From positions 34,525-98,524 of the forward strand of contig JACRIN010000066.1 in NCBI GenBank assembly GCA_016220085.1: a stretch of 64,000 bases of DNA, given 5' to 3'. Source of the stretch: Planctomycetota bacterium. GTDB lineage: Bacteria > Planctomycetota > UBA1135 > GCA-002686595. Shown here piece after piece: positions 63,963-64,000 of the stretch. The notes beneath the pieces were generated by a model. The model saw only the letters and a list, made by a program, of their open reading frames with translations, was not told where the DNA came from and made no database searches. Each line of letters begins with the position of its first letter. Position 1 is the first letter of the stretch. Made by a program: the position numbers and the translations under genes.

Positions 63963-64000
63963 ACGGCTCCGAGTTCGAGCGACCGCCCCGGTCCCGCCCC

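Overview
High-GC bacterial chromosomal window. Spot counts of single 60-nt lines give about 75% GC in core genes and about 62% in two accessory blocks. The gene content resembles Planctomycetota or Myxococcota genomes (ECF sigma with Ser/Thr-kinase-WD40, DUF1570, CHAT, FG-GAP, DxNxNG calcium-loop modules), but the lineage cannot be settled from this sequence.

Content in order:
(i) 1-9.5 kb: one long minus-strand operon for short acyl-CoA catabolism. It holds a thiolase, 3-hydroxybutyryl-CoA dehydrogenase, two acyl-CoA dehydrogenases, the MeaB G-protein and a split B12 mutase. The mutase large subunit carries the isobutyryl-CoA-mutase (Phe/Gln) signature. The operon is interrupted by four small membrane-protein genes (three translationally coupled) and an HTH gene.
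(ii) 9.8-16.2 kb: a secreted beta-helix protein, then an ECF sigma, an anti-sigma with two HxxxCxxC motifs, and an 820-aa CHAT protease with a helical N-terminal region.
(iii) 16.4-18.7 kb: a zincin-like peptidase and a Cys/Met-family PLP enzyme.
(iv) 18.7-28.5 kb: a lower-GC heavy-metal block (MFP-RND-OMF, HupE/UreJ, His-tailed EamA permease). It is bracketed by diverged direct repeats that duplicate the last ~55 codons of the PLP gene.
(v) 28.7-36.6 kb: an FG-GAP lipoprotein and a second, host-GC CzcCBA-type operon.
(vi) 36.7-48.8 kb: an accessory block of secreted proteins sharing a Cys-containing C-terminal module. It includes two paralogs with a 506-bp ~98% identical tract, an orphan sigma-4 remnant, a full ECF sigma and a divergent 1169-aa kinase-WD40.
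(vii) 49.4-64 kb: miscellaneous genes (DUF4139, DUF3052, HrpB helicase, HicBA, TPR membrane glycosyltransferase-like protein, DUF1570 protein, B12-binding radical SAM enzyme, lipoproteins). There is also an ~820-bp gene-free region with a strong hairpin and two tandem-repeat arrays.

No rRNA, tRNA, CRISPR array, integrase or transposase was recognised. All calls come from reading translations and DNA by eye, and no database search was possible. Many very long ORFs in the track are antisense or out-of-frame artefacts of the high GC content.
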